Of a stretch of DNA of 43,411 nt, positions 31,401 to 39,714 are shown one piece after another. This stretch comes from Promethearchaeota archaeon. Its GTDB lineage: Archaea > Asgardarchaeota > Lokiarchaeia > Sigyniarchaeales > SOKP01. A program made the translations under genes and the position numbers. Positions within the stretch are counted from its first letter, which is position 1. Every line of letters begins with the position of its first letter. Location of the stretch: contig JAFGOA010000198.1 in NCBI GenBank assembly GCA_016926735.1, positions 1 to 43,411 of the forward strand, given 5' to 3'. The notes under the pieces are model-generated. The model saw nothing but the letters and a program-made list of their open reading frames with translations, searched no databases and was not told the origin of the DNA.

Positions 31401-32348
31401 ATGGAAAAATTACTTAAAAATGCTGAAAAAATAAAGTCGCTCGAAATTCAAGGTGCAGCTAACGTAGCCCTCTCTGCAATACAATTCTTAAGTGATTATG
31501 CTCATGAGATCGAAAAAGAATGTCAATGTCCTGATGATTGGTTCATTAAATTGGATGAGGTAAAATCAATTCTATTCAAAACAAGAGAAACAGAACCTAC
31601 TATGAGAAATGGTTTAGATTATATAATAAACAAATTAAAAAAAAAGGAGAATCAAATTAAATGTGGTAATATATTAGAATTGATTTCTAAATATAAAGAA
31701 GAATATATTAATATGATTGAAAACGCGAGAGAAAAAATAGCTGAATTTGGTGCTAGAAGAATTCCAGAAACTCCTTCTGAAAATGAATTTATTGTTATGA
31801 CTCATTGTCATTCCTCATTTGTAGATGCAATTCTTTTAAAAGCTAAAACACAAGGAAAAATGTTTAAAGTAATTTCAACAGAAACTAGACCACGATATCA
31901 AGGAAGAAAAAGTGCTAAAATATTAACGGATGCGGGTATTGAAGTTATTCATGTTGTTGATAGCGCTATGCGATGGGCTGTAAATTATTTTGAGGTTGAT
32001 TTAATTTTAATTGGTGCTGATTCAATTACCTCTGAGGGTACAGTATTAAATAAGATTGGTTCAAGACTGCTTGCATTAGTGGCACATGAAGAACATGTCC
32101 CTTTTTATGTAGCTTCTCCCTTACTTAAATACAATCCTCAGACTTCATTAGGGATATTGGAAAAAATCGAAATGAGATCTCCTATTGAAATTTGGGATTC
32201 TCCTCCTGAAAAAATTCAAATATTAAATCCTGCATTTGAAACTATAAGTAGAAGATATATAGATGGATTGATAAGTGAAGCAGGAATTTTTGCTTCCAGT
32301 CATGTTCCTACATATTTTGCTAAATTCTATCCAGAATTATTCTTCTAA
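31401..32348 (+). CDS. Ribose-1,5-bisphosphate isomerase (eIF2B-alpha-like family)
   Basis: IQGA, MTHCHSS, ETRPRYQG, GADSI..NKIGS, NPAF; a form III RuBisCO gene is nearby. Confidence 0.82.
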   Translation: MEKLLKNAEKIKSLEIQGAANVALSAIQFLSDYAHEIEKECQCPDDWFIKLDEVKSILFKTRETEPTMRNGLDYIINKLKKKENQIKCGNILELISKYKEEYINMIENAREKIAEFGARRIPETPSENEFIVMTHCHSSFVDAILLKAKTQGKMFKVISTETRPRYQGRKSAKILTDAGIEVIHVVDSAMRWAVNYFEVDLILIGADSITSEGTVLNKIGSRLLALVAHEEHVPFYVASPLLKYNPQTSLGILEKIEMRSPIEIWDSPPEKIQILNPAFETISRRYIDGLISEAGIFASSHVPTYFAKFYPELFF

Positions 32349-32534
32349 ACTTTCAAACTTTAATTTTAAAAAAAAGAATTGTTATTTTCCTAAATTTAAA
32401 AAATAAATCAAAAAATTTATTAGAAATGCATATTTCAATAAAAATATAAGCGAATAGTTTAATAGATATATAAAATTCAAAAAAAAAGAAATAATAAAAC
32501 GAAGAAAAATCCCTTTTTCTATTGAATAAATATA

Positions 32535-33749
32535 TTGAATTTTATATTAATAACTTATGAATCAAGAATGACAAAAATACAAGTTAATAAAAAAATGACA
32601 GAAATCTCATTTAAAACCTTAAATATAAGTAATGAGCATATTGAAGCTTTAAAAAATATAAATATTGAAAAACCTACAGAAGTGCAAGAGAAAGTAATTC
32701 CTTTAATATTAGAAGGACGTGATATAATAACACAAAGTAAAACAGGTACAGGTAAAACTTATGCGTATTTATTACCAATTATTCAAAAATTATCTTTTAC
32801 AAAAAATGAATGTCTCATAATAGTACCTGTAAGAGAACTTGCTCTTCAAGTTGTTGATTTTATAAATAATTTAGAACAAGATCATGTAAAATCTTTTCCA
32901 ATATATGGAGGAGTTTCAATAGAAAGACAAATTAAAGAATTAAATAAAGGACAGAATATAATTGTCGGCACTCCAGGTCGATTATTAGATATATATAATA
33001 GAGGTATTTTAAAATTAAATAATATTAAATTTTTAGTATTAGATGAAGCAGATCGACTTTTAGATATGGGTTTTTTACCAGATATTAAAGCTATACTAAA
33101 CTCAATTAAAAGTAAATTTCAATTTATGTTATTCTCAGCTACCTTTGATGAAAAACTTAAAAAACTAGTTGAGAAGTATGCTAATAATGATATGAAATTT
33201 CTAAATTTAAGTAGGGACAAGCTCACTGTAAAAAATACAAAACAATATTATTATTTGATAAATACATATAGCGAAAAATACAAATACCTAAAACATATTC
33301 TTAAAGATGAAAATCCTAAATCTGCGATTATATTTGTTAATACAAAGAAAACTGGCAATTGGTTGTCTAATAAAATGAAAACCGATAAATTAAATCTTAA
33401 AGTTGGGTATCTTTCTGGAGATCAAACACAAAATCAAAGAGAAAAAATATTAGATCAATTTAGAAAGAAATATATAAGACTTTTAGTCGCTACTGATGTT
33501 GCTGCGAGAGGTCTTGATATTCAAAATATTTCTCATATTATAAATTATGATGTACCTCAATATCCTGAAAATTATGTTCATAGAATAGGTCGAACATCTA
33601 GACAAAATAAAAAAGGAACAGCAATAACATTATGTTTAGGAGATCAATATAATTTTCTCTGCCAAATAGAGGAAGTAATAAATAAAGAAATAAAACAAAG
33701 AACTCTACGTAATAAAAACAATGATCGTAGAACTGGTTTTTTTCTATAG
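32535..33749 (+). CDS. DEAD-box RNA helicase (true start may be slightly downstream)
   Basis: Q motif PTEVQ, TGTGKT, GTPGR, DEAD, SAT, ARGLD, HRIGRT. Confidence 0.95.
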   Translation: MNFILITYESRMTKIQVNKKMTEISFKTLNISNEHIEALKNINIEKPTEVQEKVIPLILEGRDIITQSKTGTGKTYAYLLPIIQKLSFTKNECLIIVPVRELALQVVDFINNLEQDHVKSFPIYGGVSIERQIKELNKGQNIIVGTPGRLLDIYNRGILKLNNIKFLVLDEADRLLDMGFLPDIKAILNSIKSKFQFMLFSATFDEKLKKLVEKYANNDMKFLNLSRDKLTVKNTKQYYYLINTYSEKYKYLKHILKDENPKSAIIFVNTKKTGNWLSNKMKTDKLNLKVGYLSGDQTQNQREKILDQFRKKYIRLLVATDVAARGLDIQNISHIINYDVPQYPENYVHRIGRTSRQNKKGTAITLCLGDQYNFLCQIEEVINKEIKQRTLRNKNNDRRTGFFL

Positions 33750-33777
33750 AATATCATTTTATCCTTTTTAATTCAAT

Positions 33778-35055
33778 TTATTTTTTCCATTTTTTCAATG
33801 CTGCTTTAAGCTCTGAATTAGTTTTTGCTCTCTCTTCTAAAGTAAAACCATCTATTATTGCATTTACAGCTTGTCTAATTGCTGAAGCACCTGCTAGAGT
33901 TCCATTAGGATGACCATGACAACCCCCTCCAAATTGATATACCATATCAATCCCTAATAAATCAATTAACTTTGGAATATGTAATGGACTTAAACCTCCT
34001 GAAGCTACTGGTAGCGTTGGTTTTATATGATCCCATTCTTGAGAGAGCATAGTTAAATTATTATCCTCAATTGAATTTTTTGTTAGCATTTCATTAATTT
34101 CTAATACTTCTTGTTTATCTCCTTCCATCTTTCCAACTATTGTTCCTGTATGTAATTGATCCATTCCAATTAGACGCATTAATTTCGCTATTGATAACAT
34201 TGTCATTCCATGTTTTTTATTTCTAGTTAGAGCAGCATGCATTGCTCTATGAGCATGAATTACAATATTTTTATTATCTAAATACGTCCTTAATTCTTGT
34301 AAAGCGGAGTAACCTACCGTGATTATATCTACCATAATATATTCTCCACCATAATCTATAACAAAATTAGCTCTTTTTTTCATTAATTCTATTGGTGCCG
34401 TTATATTAGGCATATATATTTTTTTTTCTCCAGTTTTTTCTTCAATTTTATTTCTTACCTTAAAAGTTTCCTCAATTCTTTTTTTAAACTTATTAAAGAC
34501 CATGCTTGTTAAATTTTCATCATCTTTTACAATATCTAATCCACCTAACCATGCTTCTCCACAAACATTAGCATGTTCGATTTCATTTAACCCCACTTTT
34601 GGTTTAACAATTGTACCTAATAATGGTCTTTTTCTAACCTTAGTAAGCTGTCTTATACCCTCTGTACCAAATTTAGGTCCCTTATACATATCTATAAAAT
34701 CCTTTGGGAAGGTTATATCTAATAATCTTAAGTTATCCAATGCTTTCATACCATAAATATTTCCAGCAATGGCGCTAAGAATTTGTGATATATTATTTAA
34801 TTCAAATAAATCTTTATTATAAGCAATCTTAGTAATTCCATTAGGCTCATCAATATAGAAAATTGAAGGTTTCAATCTATTAGCAATTTCTGCAGACATT
34901 GTAACAATATCTGTCCAAGTACCGATTGAACTTTCTTTAGCTATTTCTGTACAAGCATTTTGAAAATCTTTACAATCTTCTGATTTTTCTACATAATACA
35001 TAACAATAAGGTCATTATCATCAGGTATATAGTCCAAATCAATATAATCTACCAT
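33778..35055 (-). CDS. rbcL: Form III RuBisCO large subunit
   Basis: ESSIGTWT, GTIVKPKVG, catalytic KDDE, HAHRAMH, GKMEG, SGG, QFGGG. Confidence 0.95.
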   Translation of the reverse strand: MVDYIDLDYIPDDNDLIVMYYVEKSEDCKDFQNACTEIAKESSIGTWTDIVTMSAEIANRLKPSIFYIDEPNGITKIAYNKDLFELNNISQILSAIAGNIYGMKALDNLRLLDITFPKDFIDMYKGPKFGTEGIRQLTKVRKRPLLGTIVKPKVGLNEIEHANVCGEAWLGGLDIVKDDENLTSMVFNKFKKRIEETFKVRNKIEEKTGEKKIYMPNITAPIELMKKRANFVIDYGGEYIMVDIITVGYSALQELRTYLDNKNIVIHAHRAMHAALTRNKKHGMTMLSIAKLMRLIGMDQLHTGTIVGKMEGDKQEVLEINEMLTKNSIEDNNLTMLSQEWDHIKPTLPVASGGLSPLHIPKLIDLLGIDMVYQFGGGCHGHPNGTLAGASAIRQAVNAIIDGFTLEERAKTNSELKAALKKWKK

Positions 35056-35163
35056 AAAAAATCCTTTTTAATTTACTTTAAAATCTTTTAGTTTAATAAA
35101 TATAAGAAAATAATCATAAAAATTTTATAACATCTTTGATTTAAATAATAAGTGATTTAGGTT

Positions 35164-35496
35164 ATGGCAAAGAAAAAATACCCAAAGAAAATAAAAACAA
35201 CAAAAACAATCTATCTCAATATAAAAGATCTGAGTTTTAATAGTGAACAAAATGTTGATGATTTAATCAGATTCTTAAAGGAACACCTTCCACAATTAGA
35301 TATTTCTAGAGATGGATATGAATTGGCTGTAATAATGCCTGCTGAATTATCAAAACGAGCAATTAGAACAAGAATAAAAAATTTTCTATATAAAAAGAGT
35401 TTAAAAGAAAAATTCCGTCCAATTCAATATAAAACTGATGAAAAAGATGGATATTCTATAAAAGAAAGAAAAGTATTCGAATTTTCATATTATTAA
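35164..35496 (+). CDS. rpl22e: Ribosomal protein eL22 (L22e) homolog
   Basis: Basic 110-aa protein; LSKRAIRTRIKNFLYKKSLKEKFR resembles the eL22 SKRYLKYLTKKYLKK..L...R motif. Confidence 0.7.
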   Translation: MAKKKYPKKIKTTKTIYLNIKDLSFNSEQNVDDLIRFLKEHLPQLDISRDGYELAVIMPAELSKRAIRTRIKNFLYKKSLKEKFRPIQYKTDEKDGYSIKERKVFEFSYY

Positions 35497-35552
35497 ATTC
35501 ATGCTATTTTTTAATTATAATAAATATATTCTTTGTTAACTTCTTTTAAAAT

Positions 35553-36530
35553 GTGTTATTTCAAATAAATAATGATTCTATTTTATTAATTAAAACTCTA
35601 GATGATATTCTTAGATGTACTTCCTTATCTAGTCTATTGGAAATTACTGGGTGGCCTAAGCCTGGGAATGTACATAGAACCAGAAATTATCCAAATATGC
35701 AATTTGAACATTTTATTGCTGCTATTTGTGCGATTTTACCCGAATTTAATAAATTTTGTCTGAGAATTGATAAAGAATCGAAAGATAATAAAAAAGATCT
35801 AAGATATATTCGTCTAGGAATACTTTTTAGAAAAGCTGCTAAGAAAATGATTCAATGGCAAAAGGGAGGGAATGTAATTTTAGGACATATCCTCATACTT
35901 GCTCCTCTTGTTGCAACAACTACCTTATGCCTATCTCAAAATAGAAAGAAACTTCTTGATTTTAAGGATATTCTCAATAGAATAATAAAAGATGCAACTA
36001 TTCAAGATACAATTGATCTATATGAAGCAATTAGAATTTCTAATGTTGGAGGTCTTGGAACAATAGAAAAATATGATATTAATGATAAAAAAGCCATTAG
36101 TCAACTTAAAAATGATAATATGACTTTAAAAAAAATATTTAAATTTTCAGAAGAGAAAGATATGATAAGTAAAGAATATATTTCTGGTTTTAATATCATA
36201 TTGAATGAAGGATTGCCATATTTTATTGATATTTTTAATAAATCAAAGAGTATCAATATCGCTACTGTTAATACATTTTTATATGTTTTATCTAAATATC
36301 CAGATACTTTAATTATAAAAAAATCGAATTATAATGATGCTAAACGTATATCAGATAAGGCAATGGAAATATTAAAATATGAGGGTTTATTGACACCCAA
36401 GGGAACGGATTTAATCAATAAACTCGATGATATACTATATGTTGAAAAAGGTAAATTAAATCCGGGGACTACAGCAGATTTAATTGTTGGAGTATTATTT
36501 TGTGCTTTAATATTCGGATTGAGATTTTAA
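35553..36530 (+). CDS. citG: CitG-family triphosphoribosyl-dephospho-CoA synthase-like protein
   Basis: LLEITGWPKPGNVHR, PDTLI, NPGTTADL. Confidence 0.85.
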   Translation: MLFQINNDSILLIKTLDDILRCTSLSSLLEITGWPKPGNVHRTRNYPNMQFEHFIAAICAILPEFNKFCLRIDKESKDNKKDLRYIRLGILFRKAAKKMIQWQKGGNVILGHILILAPLVATTTLCLSQNRKKLLDFKDILNRIIKDATIQDTIDLYEAIRISNVGGLGTIEKYDINDKKAISQLKNDNMTLKKIFKFSEEKDMISKEYISGFNIILNEGLPYFIDIFNKSKSINIATVNTFLYVLSKYPDTLIIKKSNYNDAKRISDKAMEILKYEGLLTPKGTDLINKLDDILYVEKGKLNPGTTADLIVGVLFCALIFGLRF

Positions 36531-36580
36531 GTAGGAAGTTTTTTAGGAAAAAAGAAAATAATATTTATTGGTGATTAAAA

Positions 36581-36961
36581 ATAGAATTTTGTGATGAGTG
36601 TGGAGGACTTATGATTCCCTCAAAAGAAAAAGGAAAAAAAATATTTAAATGTAAATGCGGTGCTTCAAAAATATTTACTGAAAGTAGATCTAATGCATAT
36701 AAGATTCATACTAAAATAAAACACTCCTATAGAGAAGAAATATCAAATACAAAAGATATAATAAAGTGGAAAGATGAGAATCTAAAAAGCTCAATTAAAG
36801 ATTTTAAATGTAGAAATTGTGGATATGATAAAGCTCAGTTAGAGACACGTCAAACAAGAAGCGCAGATGAAGGTATGACAATTTAAGATATTTAATTTTA
36901 AATCATAAGACATTTTATCATCTGCCTAAAATGTGGAAAAATGAGAAAGATCGGTAGTTAA
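36581..36961 (+). CDS. tfs: Transcription factor S / RpoM family, join(36581..36879,36910..36961), 116 aa after splicing, ATA start
   Basis: The spliced product reads (M)EFCDECGGLMIP..CKCG..CRNCG..QTRSADEGMT|HFIICLKCGKMRKIGS, giving both zinc ribbons and the acidic DE hairpin. Confidence 0.9.
36880..36909 (+). other. Candidate 30-nt BHB mRNA intron in tfs
   Basis: Central helix TATG/CATA, bulges ACA and AGA, 9-bp inner stem, outer exon-exon stem GCAGATGA/TCATCTGC; three in-frame TAA codons inside. Confidence 0.85.
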
Positions 36962-37118
36962 ATTCACAATACATTATTAATTGAGAATATAAATGATTTT
37001 TTTCTTCGAATTAGGTAATATAGTAGAAATATAACCTTCAAATTATTTATAAAAATCTAGTAATTTCTACAAAAATCACCAATTTCTATTCTAATTATTA
37101 ATCTTTTTTTTTTTCAAA

Positions 37119-37226
37119 AGGACCAGCCCTAAGGTTATCAGGCTGTTCGCTCATCACTGAGTTCAAAACATACATCATCTATCATACATAGAGTACTTTC
37201 TCCGAAGTTTTGAAAGAAGTTATCCC
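37119..37226 (-). ncRNA. Candidate structured ncRNA, likely a C/D-box guide sRNA
   Basis: Minus strand reads TTGA-actca-GTGATGA-GCGAACAGC-CTGA; the guide is complementary to the 23S A-loop GCUGUUCGC; stems TTCAAAAC/GTTTTGAA and CAGCCT/GGGCTG. Confidence 0.55.
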
Positions 37227-37531
37227 ACAATACTTATAAAAATAATAAATGTTATAGTATTCTAAGGAGGGACTATTCTTTTTCAAACAAGGCTCAAAAT
37301 CCTTGACTTATGAGAATACCCACATAGAATTATTTGGAAAAGATTCCAGACTTCTATTATCCTTCTAAGTTTACACACACCTATTTTGATATGAATAAAT
37401 GAATAAGTTATGTGATCGTGAGTATTAATGAGGAGCGAAATTGTAAGAGGAATTGTTGACAGTATCAATAGTTGAGAAGTTTTATTTTAAGATATTTAAC
37501 TCCAATGATTTTATTTTCGATTCTTGTTTTT

Positions 37532-37616
37532 TCATCTCCCTCCTTATTTTATAATGTAAGATATAAATTACTATCATTTTAAGCGAGATCGATATTTAAA
37601 ATAAGGAGGGAGATGA
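37532..37616. repeat. Perfect 20-bp inverted repeat with a 45-bp spacer (MITE-like element or hairpin)
   Basis: TCATCTCCCTCCTTATTTTA (37532-37551) and TAAAATAAGGAGGGAGATGA (37597-37616). Confidence 0.8.
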
Positions 37617-37702
37617 TTTTTTTGATTTTTATATAATTTTAATAAAGAGTTGAAATAATAATTTTCATTTCATATAATTATTATAATAATAATATAATAC
37701 TA

Positions 37703-38017
37703 TTAGCTTAGCAAGAAATTGTTTATCTCTTCTTGGTTAATGGATTCTTTAAAATGTATTTTAATTCTTTTTTGTTTACTTTTCATACCAGATGAAAATC
37801 TGATTTGTTCTGAAGATACTTTTAATTTTTTTCTTAGAAGTTGAATTAATTCTTTATTTGCTTTATTATTCTCTGGTGGAGATTTAAGATATACTACTAA
37901 GAATTCTCCATCAATTTCTAATTTTTGTTTGGAGGAATTTGGTTTTACTAAAATGTTAATAATATATATTGATTCTCCATTTTTCTTGATATATTTCAAT
38001 TTTGATTTGACCTTCAT
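37703..38017 (-). CDS. DUF167/YggU family protein
   Basis: VKPNS..LKSPPENNKANKELIQLL..SGMKSKQKRI. Confidence 0.9.
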   Translation of the reverse strand: MKVKSKLKYIKKNGESIYIINILVKPNSSKQKLEIDGEFLVVYLKSPPENNKANKELIQLLRKKLKVSSEQIRFSSGMKSKQKRIKIHFKESINQEEINNFLLS

Positions 38018-39423
38018 TAGATAGAATTTTGGATGTATTCATCAATATTTTCCTTGAGCCTTTTATAAGATGCTTTTGAAAGCCTTATCCCTCCTGCTAA
38101 TTTATGTCCACCTCCTGTACCCCCCAGATCTTTTTTAATCCTACTGATAATTTTATTTACACCAATTCCATTGGTTTCTCTTAAATATTTACGAGTACAG
38201 CGTATACTTAATTTTATTGTTTGGGATTTTCTTTCTAAACCTCCTAATAATAATATCTTTGAAGGATTTAAGAGTTCATTAACCGTACTAAAGGAAGCTG
38301 TATCTGACCAATTACTTGGAGGAATTTTTCCTTTCACATCAATAAATATTGCTTTTTTTGTCTCATAACGGGGGAGTTCATTTGAAAGTATTCTTAAATT
38401 TTTTGCTAAATCGCTAACATAATCCATATAAATCTCATTTGCATATCTTGTTATCTTATTTAATTGAATTATTGAAACAGCAGCACTAATATTTTTAAAA
38501 CATAAAATATTTAAAAGTAAAGCATGTTCAAAAGCAAATTTGAGAATTCCTTGCTTTTGATGTAATAAAGCATATCGTCCTATGCTATTAAATTGTACCT
38601 CCTGTTGAATTTTTTGAATTTCTATCTCATTTAATTTAACAAAGTCTTTGTTTGGATTGATTTGAAGTTTATCTAATAAAGAATTAATTTTTATTTCATT
38701 TTCACCTCCTAATCCTTTTATAAAAGGCAATATGCTATATTTTAGCCCATTTTTTACAGTATCATGCATTCCTCCAAATAAAATTAATCCTTCTTTTTCT
38801 TCGAAGATATTTTCATTTAAAAGTTCTTGATAGACCTCCTGATTAAATGATTTTAATTCATTCATTGGTTTTAAAGAATCTCCAGCAATACCTATAATTG
38901 TTAACCAACCTTGCTTAATGATCTGAGGTTTTATTTTTTTTGCAAAAAGATAAGATAAAGTTGCTCCAGCAATGTGATCTAACCCATCGAATCCATATAT
39001 AGTGGGATTTATAAAAGTTAGATTTTCTGGATATTCATCTCTATGTAAATTACTATCTACTTCGTGATGATCGAGAATAAAAAATTCTTCTTCTCTCTTT
39101 TTTATAATTGGAATTAATTCCATAAGATTTGAGCCAACATCTGTAAATACAAATGCTATTTTATTGGAACTTCTTTTGGATAAAATTCCTTTTAGATAAT
39201 CCTCCCAAGATACAGAGCGATTATATATAAAATAATCATAATTAATATTCATTTTATATAACAGATTCTGCATTAGATGTAAACAACTTATTCCATCTGC
39301 ATCATTATGCGAAATAGATACCACTTTACTAAATCCATCAGAAAGATCACTGAATTTATTAACCCCATTGTTCAGATCTTCTAGGAATTTCTTATTATCC
39401 GGAGCTCCGTCCATATAAATCAT
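38017..39423 (-). CDS. DHH phosphoesterase, archaeal RecJ-like (GAN/Cdc45 family)
   Basis: SHNDADG, FTDVG, LDHH, INP, DHHA1 motif GGTGGGHKLAGG; TAATG overlap with the DUF167 gene. Confidence 0.85.
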   Translation of the reverse strand: MIYMDGAPDNKKFLEDLNNGVNKFSDLSDGFSKVVSISHNDADGISCLHLMQNLLYKMNINYDYFIYNRSVSWEDYLKGILSKRSSNKIAFVFTDVGSNLMELIPIIKKREEEFFILDHHEVDSNLHRDEYPENLTFINPTIYGFDGLDHIAGATLSYLFAKKIKPQIIKQGWLTIIGIAGDSLKPMNELKSFNQEVYQELLNENIFEEKEGLILFGGMHDTVKNGLKYSILPFIKGLGGENEIKINSLLDKLQINPNKDFVKLNEIEIQKIQQEVQFNSIGRYALLHQKQGILKFAFEHALLLNILCFKNISAAVSIIQLNKITRYANEIYMDYVSDLAKNLRILSNELPRYETKKAIFIDVKGKIPPSNWSDTASFSTVNELLNPSKILLLGGLERKSQTIKLSIRCTRKYLRETNGIGVNKIISRIKKDLGGTGGGHKLAGGIRLSKASYKRLKENIDEYIQNSI

Positions 39424-39714
39424 TTTATTCTTGAAAAATAATCAAATCAAATCAACATTCATAAAATCATAATAATATAAATATAAAATTATCATTTAGA
39501 TTATTCTACTTTATACAAAAGCTAAATTGTTATTAATACAATCAGCTTGAAACTCTAAGCAATATAACCATATAAATAATACACTCTTATTTTAAATTTT
39601 ATCTATTTCTATAAGAAAATTATTAGAAGAAAATGAAAATTAAAATTATATCAAAGATTAAAAAAAATAATTTTTGAAATTAATAAAAAAATCGAAATAT
39701 TTATTGAATTAAAG

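Noticed and set aside
31401-32348. True eIF2B subunit or methylthioribose-1-phosphate isomerase
   Set aside because: The length, the THCHS motif and the neighbouring form III RuBisCO fit R15P isomerase better; a phylogeny would settle it.
36611-36886. Truncated tfs pseudogene as called by the ORF track
   Set aside because: The missing N- and C-terminal parts are present and intact; an ATA start and a BHB intron explain the breaks.
36880-36909. Spliceosomal-type (GT-AG) intron or stop-codon readthrough
   Set aside because: There is no GT donor at any junction that restores the family spacing, and there are three TAA codons in frame; BHB geometry fits exactly.
37120-37160. Fragment of a 23S rRNA gene or a tRNA
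   Set aside because: Similarity is limited to short A-loop-region words, there is no cloverleaf, and the box C/D motifs and G.U pairs favour an antisense guide.
37119-37226. SECIS element or hammerhead ribozyme
   Set aside because: There is no adjacent gene with an in-frame TGA, and the CUGAnGA/GAAA hammerhead core is not correctly arranged.
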